Shown here: positions 10,054 to 18,224 of the stretch, piece by piece | Numbering within the stretch: position 1 is the first letter of the stretch | Layout of the letters: each line of letters starts with the position of its first letter | Origin: Selenomonadales bacterium OttesenSCG-928-I06 | Lineage (GTDB): Bacteria > Bacillota > Negativicutes > Sporomusales > Sporomusaceae | Assembly: GCA_030266395.1 (NCBI GenBank) | Contig: JAJDHX010000001.1 | Location: 14,647 to 78,646, forward strand | Length of the DNA stretch: 64,000 nt | Direction of reading: 5' to 3' | Translations under genes and position numbers: made by a program | Notes under the pieces: model-generated | What the model was told of the DNA's origin: nothing | What the model saw: the letters and a program-made list of their open reading frames with translations, nothing else | Databases searched by the model: none

Positions 10054-10524
10054 ATGTTTGCAGAAACAGAGCAAATTATTGAGTGTGTAAATGAAGTGGA
10101 GAAAGATGAAGAAAAGTTAGTAATAATTGCTGGTAAACCTGGTTCTGGAAAAAGTAAAATAATGAGGGAACTCGGTCAAATGCGAGGTTGGAAGTATATT
10201 GATAGCAAGATTTTATTAACAGATGAATTCCTAGAATTACCTCCTAAAGCGAGAGAAGGAGAAGCTCCTAATGTAATGAGTGATATCTTGGCAATCGAAG
10301 ATGCTAAAGTAATTTTACTGGATAATACTCAAGCATTATTTGCCCCTGTTTTAAGGACTGACCCACTAAGATTATTAAGACAACTTAGCCGCAAACAAAC
10401 TATCGTAGCAGCATGGCCCGGAGAATATACTGATGAAGAAAAATCTTTAATTTACTTACGTAATTTTGGAACTGAACCTGTATATTTTAAAGGTGAAGGA
10501 CTAAAAATTATATCTTTAGCTTAA
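10054..10524 (+). CDS. Small stand-alone P-loop NTPase, BrxF-like
   Basis: The ORF track frame 10006-10524 is trimmed to the ATG at 10054, preceded by GGGAGGG 9 nt upstream. Walker A GKPGSGKS, Walker-B-like VILLDN, C-terminal LRLLRQLSRKQTIVAAWPGEY. The resemblance to the small BREX type 3 BrxF ATPase is from memory, not a search. Confidence 0.6.
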   Translation: MFAETEQIIECVNEVEKDEEKLVIIAGKPGSGKSKIMRELGQMRGWKYIDSKILLTDEFLELPPKAREGEAPNVMSDILAIEDAKVILLDNTQALFAPVLRTDPLRLLRQLSRKQTIVAAWPGEYTDEEKSLIYLRNFGTEPVYFKGEGLKIISLA

Positions 10525-10608
10525 ATTTCATTTTGAAAATTAGTTTATTTGTTTTAAATCGTAAATTTAAAAATAAATAAAATCCAATATAAATAAAAAA
10601 ATAATAAT

Positions 10609-10660
10609 AGCAGCTTTATATACTGTCTTAATCTTCTTTAAGACGGCTTTAAAAGCTGCT
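10609..10660 (+). terminator. Two-tier hairpin downstream of the P-loop gene (probable terminator)
   Basis: Outer arms AGCAGCTTT (10609-10617) and AAAGCTGCT (10652-10660). Inner arms GTCTTAA (10625-10631) and TTAAGAC (10638-10644). The following U-tract is weak. Confidence 0.45.
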
Positions 10661-10792
10661 TTACTTTCGGGTAAATTTAAAAACAAAAATTTTATCTGAT
10701 AAAATAAATTTTTCTGCTAAAAATAATTATTGAACTAAATTCAGATAATTTTCAGATATTGTTCATATAATTATTTAGCAGGAGGGTTTTTA

Positions 10793-11497
10793 TTGGAGTT
10801 TATTACAACAACTTTAATAAAAGTTTTTATAACTGTAATGACTCTAATGGCAATAGTGTTGTTTACAGGTTATAGAAGACTTGGAGATTTAACTCCTTTT
10901 GATTTTGTAATTTCAGTAACAATGGGTGCCGTAGCAGGCTCGCTTATAATAGAGCCTAATGTTGGTATATCTAATGCCCTGATTGCAATCTTTACCTTGG
11001 GTTTTCTAAAGATGCTTATAAGCTGGCTTTCAATCAAAAGCCGCTTTCTTAATAATCAAATGAACTTTAAACCAATTGTAGTTATTGAAAATGGTTTAAT
11101 TATCAAAAAAAATTTAGCAAAAGTCAGGCTGCCTTTAGAATCACTATTGCAAATGCTAAGAGAAAAAGGTATATTTGATGTTACCTGTGTAGAACTTGCA
11201 GTACTTGAATCTATGGGAAATTTGAGTGTGCTTAAAAAAGCTGAACACCAAGCTATTACCCCCCAAGACTTAAATGTAATAAGCTTGCCTAATACAATTT
11301 TGACTCCTGTAATATTTGAAGGTAAACTTAGAGAAAACGCTCTTCAAAAGCTGGGCTTTTCTCAAGAAGAAATAGCTGAATTTAAAGAGAAAAACAAAGA
11401 AAAGTTAAAAGAAATTTTTATTGCTTTCTTAGACCAAAACAATAAATTTCATATTATTAATGAAGATATAGAAGAACAAGGATTGTTTTGGAAGTAA
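10793..11497 (+). CDS. DUF421 (YetF/YdfS-like) membrane protein
   Basis: ORF track, 234 aa. TTG start after AGGAGGG. N-terminal TM helices with an LTPFDFV motif and a soluble C-terminal domain, similar to my recollection of Bacillus YetF. Confidence 0.75.
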   Translation: MEFITTTLIKVFITVMTLMAIVLFTGYRRLGDLTPFDFVISVTMGAVAGSLIIEPNVGISNALIAIFTLGFLKMLISWLSIKSRFLNNQMNFKPIVVIENGLIIKKNLAKVRLPLESLLQMLREKGIFDVTCVELAVLESMGNLSVLKKAEHQAITPQDLNVISLPNTILTPVIFEGKLRENALQKLGFSQEEIAEFKEKNKEKLKEIFIAFLDQNNKFHIINEDIEEQGLFWK

Positions 11498-11517
11498 TGT
11501 TTTAAGGGTGTGAATTA

Positions 11518-12324
11518 ATGAGTGATAATCTTATTGCTGTCATAATAGGAGTAGTACAAGGATTAACAGAATTTTTACCTGTATCATCAACAGGACATAT
11601 GATATTAGTAGGTTCTTTATTAGGCTACGAAGGTGAAAGTGCTACTGTATTTGAAGTTTTTATCCAATTAGGGTCAATGCTGGCAGTATTTATTTTATAT
11701 AGAGAAAAATTCATTCGCATGTTAAACCCATCAAATGTTTTTGGACCAGGACTTACTATAAGACATATTTTAGCCGGAATCGTACCTGTTATGGCAGTTG
11801 GCTATTTAATGCATGAACTGATAAAAACATATTTATTTTCAACAGGAACCGTTATAATAGGACTTTTTTTAGGAGCGCTTCTCTTACTGGTTGCTGAAAA
11901 ATTTGGCAAACGTTTTTCAGGTAAAGAGCAGGTAAATGATGTAGAAAATATAAGCATAAAACAAGCTTTTTATGTAGGACTTTTTCAAATATTATCTTTA
12001 TGGCCTGGCTTTTCAAGATCAGGATCAACAATTTCTGGCGGAATGTTTTTTGGTTTAACCAGAAAAGCTGCTGCCGAATTCTCGTTTATTATAGCTGTTC
12101 CGGTTATGCTTATTGCCTGTACATATGATATGATAAAAAACTTTGATAAACTTACAGGTAATGATCTGACAATGATCTCAATAGGATTTGTAGTAGCATT
12201 TGTTATTGCTTATATATCTATTGTTTGGTTTATGAGATTTTTAAATAAATCAACACTGGCCTCATTTGCATATTATAGAATTATATTATCGGCAATAGCC
12301 TACTATTATTTCTTTATTAAATAG
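11518..12324 (+). CDS. uppP: Undecaprenyl-diphosphate phosphatase UppP (BacA)
   Basis: ORF track, 268 aa. Signature VVQGLTEFLPVSSTGHM and PGFSRSGSTISGG motifs; polytopic. Confidence 0.9.
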   Translation: MSDNLIAVIIGVVQGLTEFLPVSSTGHMILVGSLLGYEGESATVFEVFIQLGSMLAVFILYREKFIRMLNPSNVFGPGLTIRHILAGIVPVMAVGYLMHELIKTYLFSTGTVIIGLFLGALLLLVAEKFGKRFSGKEQVNDVENISIKQAFYVGLFQILSLWPGFSRSGSTISGGMFFGLTRKAAAEFSFIIAVPVMLIACTYDMIKNFDKLTGNDLTMISIGFVVAFVIAYISIVWFMRFLNKSTLASFAYYRIILSAIAYYYFFIK

Positions 12325-12426
12325 AAAAATCCAATATTAAGTAGAAAAGACAAAATATTATTATAAGAAGCAGGAAAAACGTAATAAATGGCTAAACTTT
12401 ACTGTAATAAAAATATCAAAAAAAAG

Positions 12427-12455
12427 TTGACAACAAGTAAGTGATGTTATATAAT
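12427..12455 (+). promoter_or_regulatory. Sigma-A-type promoter of the tRNA cluster
   Basis: TTGACA (12427-12432), 17-nt spacer, TATAAT (12450-12455), about 45 nt before the first tRNA. Confidence 0.6.
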
Positions 12456-12498
12456 GAATTTCGTCGCTGTAACTGTACAACAAAATAAAGTTTAAAAT

Positions 12499-12574
12499 GC
12501 TGGCGTAGCTCAATTGGTAGAGCAGCTGACTTGTAATCAGCAGGTTGGGGGTTCAAGTCCTCTCGCCAGCTCCA
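12499..12574 (+). tRNA. tRNA-Thr (anticodon UGU)
   Basis: Acceptor GCTGGCG/CGCCAGC. Anticodon stem GCTGA/TCAGC with loop CTTGTAA. TTCAAGT T-loop. Encoded CCA. Confidence 0.9.
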
Positions 12575-12583
12575 GTTTTTAAT

Positions 12584-12668
12584 GGAGGGATTCCCGAGTG
12601 GTTAAAGGGAGCAGACTGTAAATCTGCCGGCGACGCCTTCGGTGGTTCGAATCCACCTCCCTCCACCA
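12584..12668 (+). tRNA. tRNA-Tyr (anticodon GUA), long variable arm
   Basis: Acceptor GGAGGGA/TCCCTCC. Anticodon loop CTGTAAA. Long variable arm. GGTTCGAATCC T-arm. Encoded CCA. Confidence 0.9.
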
Positions 12669-12691
12669 TTTATTTTATTTATTTTTATCAT

Positions 12692-12767
<76 letters not shown>

Positions 12768-12796
12768 ATTTGAGTAAAAAGCAGTACTTAATTATT

Positions 12797-12872
12797 GCTG
12801 GTGTAGCTCAGTTGGCAGAGCGTATCCTTGGTAAGGATAAGGTCACCGGTTCAATCCCGGTCACTAGCTCCA
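12797..12872 (+). tRNA. tRNA-Thr (anticodon GGU)
   Basis: Acceptor GCTGGTG/CACTAGC with one G-U pair. Anticodon stem TATCC/GGATA with loop TTGGTAA. Encoded CCA. Confidence 0.9.
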
Positions 12873-12883
12873 TTTTACAACAC

Positions 12884-12960
12884 GGCGGCGTAGCTCAGCT
12901 GGCTAGAGCATGCGGTTCATACCCGCAGTGTCCGGGGTTCAAATCCCTGCGCCGCCACCA
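12884..12960 (+). tRNA. tRNA-Met, elongator (anticodon CAU)
   Basis: Acceptor GGCGGCG/CGCCGCC. Anticodon stem TGCGG/CCGCA with loop TTCATAC. Resembles the Bacillus elongator tRNA-Met. A lysidine tRNA-Ile2 cannot be strictly excluded from the anticodon alone. Confidence 0.8.
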
Positions 12961-12981
12961 ATTATAATATGGAGAAATTAA

Positions 12982-13029
12982 AGCCTTGAAAATAAGCTTA
13001 TAAATAGCTTAATATCAAGGATTTTTTTA
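12982..13029 (+). terminator. Terminator after the tRNA cluster
   Basis: CCTTGA (12984-12989) pairs with TCAAGG (13015-13020), with an inner AAGCT/AGCTT pairing, followed by TTTTTTT (13022-13028). Confidence 0.6.
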
Positions 13030-13237
13030 TGCTTTGGAATTTTATAGCCAATAAACCTAAAAATTAAAGATGTCTTTATTATCTTTTCAAGTTCGCTTAC
13101 TATATACAACTATTGACATTAATATATAATTATGCTAGATTATATTAGTATGGTTTAATATCGACTTAAGGATTTTACAAGTTGTTAAAAAAGTAGTAAA
13201 ATATTTATATACTTAAAGCAAGAGAGGTGTAAGGTTG

Positions 13238-13387
13238 ATGCGTGTAGCAGTAACAGTTGCTTGTACAGATTGCAAACAACGTAACTATCAAACAAACAAA
13301 AACAAAAAGAACGATCCAGATAGATTAGAAATCAAAAAATATTGTAAGTTTTGTAAGAAACACACGCCACATAGAGAAACTAAATAA
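13238..13387 (+). CDS. rpmG: 50S ribosomal protein L33
   Basis: Not in the ORF track because it is under 60 aa. ATG at 13238 after AGAGAGGTG. Translation [49 protein letters not shown] has two CxxC pairs. Position before secE-nusG is typical. Confidence 0.9.
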   Translation: MRVAVTVACTDCKQRNYQTNKNKKNDPDRLEIKKYCKFCKKHTPHRETK

Positions 13388-13429
13388 GTTTTTGCTATGT
13401 AGGTAAGATCATTTAAAGGTTGTGATAAA

Positions 13430-13642
13430 TTGGCAGCCCAACAAGTTACAATGAAAAATTCAACAGGCCGTTTAAAAAGATATATAAGAGAAGTTAAGGC
13501 TGAGTTAAAAAAAGTAATTTGGCCTACTAAACCTGAACTTATTTCCTATGCGGGAATAGTTTTTGTTACAGTACTTTTTGTAGCAATTCTTATTTGGCTA
13601 CTTGATGCTGGATTTACCAAACTTCTAAAATTTATTTGGTAA
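13430..13642 (+). CDS. secE: Preprotein translocase subunit SecE
   Basis: ORF track, 70 aa. Basic N-terminus (YIREVKAELKKVIWPT) and a single C-terminal TM helix. Synteny rpmG-secE-nusG. Confidence 0.85.
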   Translation: MAAQQVTMKNSTGRLKRYIREVKAELKKVIWPTKPELISYAGIVFVTVLFVAILIWLLDAGFTKLLKFIW

Positions 13643-13687
13643 CAAGGAGGGTAAAAGAGCGACTTATTTGCTCTTTACAATAAAAAT

Positions 13688-14227
13688 ATGGAATCCGAAC
13701 AATTAGAAAAGCATTGGTATGTAATACATACTTATTCTGGATACGAAAACAAAGTAAAAGCCAACTTAGAAAAAAAAATACAATCCCTAGGTATAGAAAA
13801 TGAAATATTTCAAGTTCTTGTGCCTATGGAAGATGAAGTTGAAATAAAAGATGGCAAAAAGAAAGTATCTAAAAGAAAAATTTTCCCGGGTTATGCTTTA
13901 GTAGAGATGATTGTTACAGATAAATCCTGGTATATTGTTCGAAACACTCCTGGTGTAACTGGATTTGTTGGTTCAGGTACCAAACCTACTCCGCTTAGTA
14001 AAGAAGAAGCTAGGAAAATTCTAAAATCTATGGGTATAGAGGAAAACAGACCTCAAATAAATCTTGATATAGGGTCATTAGTTAGAATAACATCAGGTGC
14101 TTTTGCAGATTGGACAGCAGTTGTATCTGAAGTTAATCCTGATAGAGGCAAAGTTAAAGTTTTTGTTAATATGTTTGGAAGAGAAACACTAGTTGAATTA
14201 GATTATACTGAAATATCTAAAAGCTAA
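13688..14227 (+). CDS. nusG: Transcription termination/antitermination factor NusG
   Basis: ORF track, 179 aa. WYVIHTYSGYENKVK NGN motif and a C-terminal KOW domain. Confidence 0.95.
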   Translation: MESEQLEKHWYVIHTYSGYENKVKANLEKKIQSLGIENEIFQVLVPMEDEVEIKDGKKKVSKRKIFPGYALVEMIVTDKSWYIVRNTPGVTGFVGSGTKPTPLSKEEARKILKSMGIEENRPQINLDIGSLVRITSGAFADWTAVVSEVNPDRGKVKVFVNMFGRETLVELDYTEISKS

Positions 14228-14337
14228 GATTCTTTTCTCATAAATTAAGGTAAATGTGTACATTTTCTGTGTATAACATAAAGTAATTAGTGTGGATAAT
14301 AAAATAATCTATATAATAGGAGGTGTGATTTTAATAT

Positions 14338-14763
14338 ATGGCAAAAAGAGTTGTTAAACTTGTAAAACTTCAAGTTCCTGCTGCCAAAGCTACTCCTGCT
14401 CCTCCAGTAGGTCCTGCTTTAGGTCAAGCTGGTGTAAATATTATGAGCTTTGTAAAAGAATTTAATGAAAGAACAGCATCTCAAGTTGGTCTTATAATTC
14501 CTGTTGAGATTTCGGTATTTGAAGATCGTTCTTTTAGTTTTATTACCAAAACTCCTCCAGCAGCAATTTTACTTAAAAAAGCTGCAGGATTAGAGAAAGC
14601 TTCAGGAGAACCTAACACCAAAAAAGTTGCTAAAGTACCACGTGATAAAATTCGTGAAATAGCTGAAACAAAAATGGAAGATTTAAATGCTGCAAGTGTA
14701 GAAGCTGCTATGAGAATGATTGAAGGCACTGCTCGCAGTATGGGAATTGAAGTAGTAGATTAA
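14338..14763 (+). CDS. rplK: 50S ribosomal protein L11
   Basis: ORF track, 141 aa. [27 protein letters not shown] signature. Confidence 0.97.
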   Translation: MAKRVVKLVKLQVPAAKATPAPPVGPALGQAGVNIMSFVKEFNERTASQVGLIIPVEISVFEDRSFSFITKTPPAAILLKKAAGLEKASGEPNTKKVAKVPRDKIREIAETKMEDLNAASVEAAMRMIEGTARSMGIEVVD

Positions 14764-14872
14764 TTTGAAAAGTTAGAGTTGTATTAATATAAATATAACC
14801 TCTGCTTAAAGTGGGAGGATAACGAATTAAATTTCGAAACTTCCGATATTACCACAAAGGAGGACACAAGAA

Positions 14873-15577
14873 ATGCCAAAGGCAGGAAAAAAGTATTTAG
14901 AAAGTGCAAAACTGGTTGAAAAAGATAAACTTTACGAACCAGAAGAAGCAGTTGATTTAGTAAAAAAGACAGCTAACGCAAAATTTGACCAAACAATAGA
15001 AATAGCTGTTAGATTAGGAGTTAATCCTAAACATGCAGATCAACAAGTTCGTGGCGCAGTAGTATTACCAAGCGGCACAGGAAAAAGTCAAAAAGTGCTT
15101 GTTTTTGCTAAAGGAGAAAAAGCAAAAGAAGCAGAAGATGCAGGCGCAGATATTGTTGGCGCAGAAGATTTAGTTGAAAAAATTCAAGGTGGCTGGACAG
15201 ATTTTGAAGTGGCAGTCGCTACACCTGATATGATGGGTACAGTTGGTCGTTTAGGTAAAATACTTGGACCTAGAGGACTTATGCCAAACCCTAAAGTAGG
15301 AACAGTTACTTTAGATGTTGGTCGTGCTGTTACAGAAATTAAAGCAGGTAAAATTGAGTATAGAACCGATAAAGCTGGTAATATACACGCTCCTATCGGC
15401 AAAGCATCATTTGAAGATGCAAAACTTCTTGAAAATTTCTATACTATTATTGATACTTTAGTTAAAGTGAAACCAGCAGCAGCTAAAGGACAATACTTAA
15501 GAAGTATTACTTTATCAGCTACAATGGGTCCTGGAGTTAAAGTAAATCCACTCAGATCTTCAAGTAAAAAAGACTAA
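14873..15577 (+). CDS. rplA: 50S ribosomal protein L1
   Basis: ORF track, 234 aa. Typical L1 sequence ([29 protein letters not shown]...). Confidence 0.97.
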   Translation: MPKAGKKYLESAKLVEKDKLYEPEEAVDLVKKTANAKFDQTIEIAVRLGVNPKHADQQVRGAVVLPSGTGKSQKVLVFAKGEKAKEAEDAGADIVGAEDLVEKIQGGWTDFEVAVATPDMMGTVGRLGKILGPRGLMPNPKVGTVTLDVGRAVTEIKAGKIEYRTDKAGNIHAPIGKASFEDAKLLENFYTIIDTLVKVKPAAAKGQYLRSITLSATMGPGVKVNPLRSSSKKD

Positions 15578-15589
15578 TAGAATAATTTG

Positions 15590-15760
15590 GCTATAGACAG
15601 TAGGAACTTATTTAAGTTTAATAAGCTGCTAGAACAGCTTTCCAACCGAGGCCGGAACGAAAAATTATTTACGCATATAAAATGCCGTAAATTTACTTCC
15701 GGATGCAATCGGTAGTAAGTTTGCGGCTTTTAATATTAAGTAGCTATTATCAATAAGGAG
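15590..15760 (+). promoter_or_regulatory. Probable L10 (rplJL) autoregulatory leader with attenuator hairpin
   Basis: A 190-nt structured spacer lies between rplA and rplJ. A long hairpin, GCCGTAAATTTACT (15684-15697) pairing with AGTAAGTTTGCGGC (15714-15727, with G-U pairs), is followed by TTTT (15728-15731). Firmicute rplJL operons are known to be controlled by an L10 leader or attenuator. The family match itself was not verified. Confidence 0.5.
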
Positions 15761-15768
15761 GTGGAATA

Positions 15769-16302
15769 ATGGCTGTAACAAAAGAGAAAATGGCAGCAGT
15801 TGCCGAGATAAAAGAAAAGTTAGAACAAGCTAAAGTCTTTATTTTAGCAGACTATAGAGGTCTTACAGTAGCGCAAGATACCAAGTTCAGAACAAAAATG
15901 CGTGAAGCTGGAGTAGAGTATAGTGTAGTTAAAAACGCAAGACTTCGCATAGCTGCTGAAGAGCTTGGTATTGAAGGTCTTGATGCACAATTTTTATCAG
16001 GTCCAACAGCTATTGCTATATCTTATACAGATCCAGTAGCACCAGCTAAAGTTTTAAATGATTTCGTAAGAGAAAACAGACTTCAATTGTTGCAAGTAAA
16101 AGGCGGCGTTTTAGATGGTAAACTTATTGATGCTAACAGCGTAAAAGCACTAGCTACATTACCGTCCAAAGAAGAACTTCTTGCAAAAGCACTTGGCAGT
16201 ATGCAAGCTCCTATTTCTGGTTTCGTCAACGTTCTTTCTGGAACAGTTAGAAACTTGGTTTATGCTCTTGAAGCAGTTCGCAAGCAAAAAGAATCTGCTT
16301 AA
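15769..16302 (+). CDS. rplJ: 50S ribosomal protein L10
   Basis: ORF track, 177 aa. Typical L10 sequence and position. Confidence 0.95.
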   Translation: MAVTKEKMAAVAEIKEKLEQAKVFILADYRGLTVAQDTKFRTKMREAGVEYSVVKNARLRIAAEELGIEGLDAQFLSGPTAIAISYTDPVAPAKVLNDFVRENRLQLLQVKGGVLDGKLIDANSVKALATLPSKEELLAKALGSMQAPISGFVNVLSGTVRNLVYALEAVRKQKESA

Positions 16303-16351
16303 AATTAATTAATAAAAAAATTTTTAGATGAAAATTGGAGGAATAAATATC

Positions 16352-16729
16352 ATGACTAAAGAACAAATTATGGAAGCTATTGAACAAATGACAGTACTTG
16401 AGTTATCAGAACTCGTAAAAGCATTAGAAGAAAAATTCGGTGTATCCGCAGCAGCTCCTGTAGCTGTAGCAGCAGCTCCTGCAGCTGGTGGCGCAGCAGA
16501 TGCTGGTGCAGAAGAACAAACTGAATTTGATGTAGTATTAACTAATGCTGGTGCATCAAAAATCAACGTAATTAAAGTTGTCCGCGAAGTTACTGGCCTT
16601 GGCTTAAAAGAAGCTAAAGAAGTAGTTGACAGCGCTCCTAAAGCTGTAAAAGAAAAAATCTCTAAAGCTGATGCTGATGCATTAAAAGCTAAACTTGAAG
16701 AAGCTGGTGCTTCAGTAGAAGTAAAATAA
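16352..16729 (+). CDS. rplL: 50S ribosomal protein L7/L12
   Basis: The ORF track frame 16328-16729 is trimmed to the ATG at 16352, about 10 nt after GGAGG (16337-16341). Starts [31 protein letters not shown], then an Ala-rich hinge and a conserved C-terminal domain. Confidence 0.95.
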   Translation: MTKEQIMEAIEQMTVLELSELVKALEEKFGVSAAAPVAVAAAPAAGGAADAGAEEQTEFDVVLTNAGASKINVIKVVREVTGLGLKEAKEVVDSAPKAVKEKISKADADALKAKLEEAGASVEVK

Positions 16730-16742
16730 TAGACTTTTACAT

Positions 16743-16781
16743 AAAAACTTCTTTTTCTTTAATAGAAAAAGAAGTTTTTTT
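16743..16781 (+). terminator. Strong intrinsic terminator after rplL
   Basis: A 16-bp stem, AAAAACTTCTTTTTCT (16743-16758) pairing with AGAAAAAGAAGTTTTT (16764-16779), followed by more Ts. Confidence 0.85.
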
Positions 16782-16796
16782 ATTTCTTAAATTGTA

Positions 16797-16824
16797 TTGA
16801 CACAATTAATTAATCTTATATAAT
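16797..16824 (+). promoter_or_regulatory. Sigma-A-type promoter of MFS gene 1
   Basis: TTGACA (16797-16802), 16-nt spacer, TATAAT (16819-16824). The layout TTGACAC...CTTATATAATA is the same as upstream of MFS gene 2. Confidence 0.55.
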
Positions 16825-16902
16825 AGTTCGTAACGTAATAAAGTAATATTTTATATAATTTTATTAAAGAGAATTTCAGTAAATATTTAAGAAGGTGTGT
16901 TT

Positions 16903-18069
16903 TTGAATAAAAAATATATGAGTTTTTTATCAATTTCTCATTTATCAAACGATTTGCCAGTTGGTGCACTTCCTGCAATTCTGCCTTTTTTAGTAATACA
17001 ATATGGTATGGATTATAAAGAGGTAGCTGGCTTGGTATTTGCATCTTCTTTTTTATCCTCTATCATTCAACCTATATTTGGTTATATTGCAGATAAAAAC
17101 TCTTATAAATGGTTTATGTCTTTAGGAATTTTATTATCCTGCAGTGGAATTGCCGCAGTTGGTTTTATAGATAACTATTGGGGTATTTTTACTGTAGTTA
17201 TGATAAGTGGTTTAGGTGGAGCTATTTTTCATCCTGAAGCTGCTAGAATAGTTCATAAATTTTCTGGAAATAAAAAAGGATCTGGTTTTAGCTTTTTTTC
17301 TGTAGGAGGCAGCATTGGAGTTGCACTAGGTCCGGTTATTGTTATAAGTTCGATTTTGGCTTTTGGAATGCACGGTCTGGCAATAATTGCTGCTATAGGA
17401 ATTATTACTTCAATATTTTTAATGTATCATATAAATGCAATATATAAACAAGCTGGTGAGAGTCCGGTATATTTTATTAATGATAGTAAAGAAAAAGCGG
17501 AAACTCAGTTAATAAATGATTGGAAATCTTTTTCTAAACTCACAGTAATTGTTATGGGAAGATCCATAATATTTAGTGGACTCATGACATTTATTCCTTT
17601 ATATTGGGTAAATGTACTTATGCAATCAAATGCTGCTGGCGGAACAGCTCTTACAGTCTTACTTATACTTGGTGTTATAGTTACCTTATTAGGCGGGATT
17701 TTATCAGATAAATTTGGCTATAAAAAAACAATGATTATTTTTTGTACCTTAACAGTACCTTTATTATTTTTGTTTACACATACATCTAATCCGATATTTG
17801 CAATGTCTCTTTTAATACCGCTAGGATTTTCACTGTTTGCACCTTATAGTGCAATGATAGTTTTAGGTCAAAGCTATCTTGCCAAAAGCGTTGGTTTTGC
17901 TTCTGGTGTTACCATGGGATTAGCGTTTAGTGTTGGTGGCATGGTTTTACCAGGCTTAGGGTGGGTGGCAGATAACTATAGTTTGCAACAAGCAATGCAG
18001 ATTCTTGGCTATGTTGCAATTGTTATAGCAATATTTTCTTTCTTATTACCTAAACCTAAAAGCATCTAA
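16903..18069 (+). CDS. MFS transporter, Fsr (fosmidomycin-resistance)-like family, paralogue 1
   Basis: ORF track frame 16897-18069. The TTG at 16903 corresponds to the TTG start of paralogue 2 (AAGAAGGT-N-TTGAATAAAAAATAT in both). 12-TM pattern. Motifs SHLSNDL, QPIFGYIADK, GGAIFHPEAAR and FSVGGSIG match my recollection of E. coli Fsr. Confidence 0.8.
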   Translation: MNKKYMSFLSISHLSNDLPVGALPAILPFLVIQYGMDYKEVAGLVFASSFLSSIIQPIFGYIADKNSYKWFMSLGILLSCSGIAAVGFIDNYWGIFTVVMISGLGGAIFHPEAARIVHKFSGNKKGSGFSFFSVGGSIGVALGPVIVISSILAFGMHGLAIIAAIGIITSIFLMYHINAIYKQAGESPVYFINDSKEKAETQLINDWKSFSKLTVIVMGRSIIFSGLMTFIPLYWVNVLMQSNAAGGTALTVLLILGVIVTLLGGILSDKFGYKKTMIIFCTLTVPLLFLFTHTSNPIFAMSLLIPLGFSLFAPYSAMIVLGQSYLAKSVGFASGVTMGLAFSVGGMVLPGLGWVADNYSLQQAMQILGYVAIVIAIFSFLLPKPKSI

Positions 18070-18084
18070 ATATCGTCTAAATAA

Positions 18085-18126
18085 AAAAACAAGGCTCTTA
18101 TTTTGAAATATGAACCTTGTTTTTCT
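18085..18126 (+). terminator. Terminator after MFS gene 1
   Basis: AAAACAAGG (18086-18094) pairs with CCTTGTTTT (18115-18123), followed by Ts. Confidence 0.65.
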
Positions 18127-18157
18127 CTTATTCAAAAAGTATTTTTACAATATTAAG

Positions 18158-18185
18158 TTGACACTATATTCTATTCTTATATAAT
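18158..18185 (+). promoter_or_regulatory. Sigma-A-type promoter of MFS gene 2
   Basis: TTGACA (18158-18163), 16-nt spacer, TATAAT (18180-18185). Confidence 0.55.
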
Positions 18186-18224
18186 ATTTATTATTAGGAA
18201 AATACATTAAAGAAGGTCACAATT

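Noticed and set aside
9920-12498. Possibility that the BrxF-like gene marks a BREX or other defence island
   Set aside because: No methyltransferase (pglX), phosphatase (pglZ), brxC, brxA, helicase, nuclease or integrase is adjacent. The neighbours are DUF421, uppP and tRNAs. It is kept only as a single-gene curiosity.
14291-14299. Perfect DnaA-box 9-mer (TGTGGATAA, the complement of TTATCCACA) upstream of rplK
   Set aside because: It is a single isolated box, with no cluster, no AT-rich unwinding element context and no dnaA or dnaN nearby. One exact 9-mer in 64 kb of both strands is expected by chance.
14764-14872. Possible L1-binding regulatory structure (GTGGGAGG...CCAC) between rplK and rplA
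   Set aside because: The spacer can form a stem, but I cannot verify an L1-site mimic by eye. The SD of rplA alone explains the GGAGG element.
16324-16566. 80-aa minus-strand ORF opposite rplL
   Set aside because: It is an antisense shadow of the Ala-rich L7/L12 hinge and has no independent support.
16787-17044. 85-aa minus-strand ORF over the MFS-1 promoter and start
   Set aside because: It overlaps a good promoter and the conserved N-terminus of the transporter, and its A/T-rich translation looks like a shadow frame.
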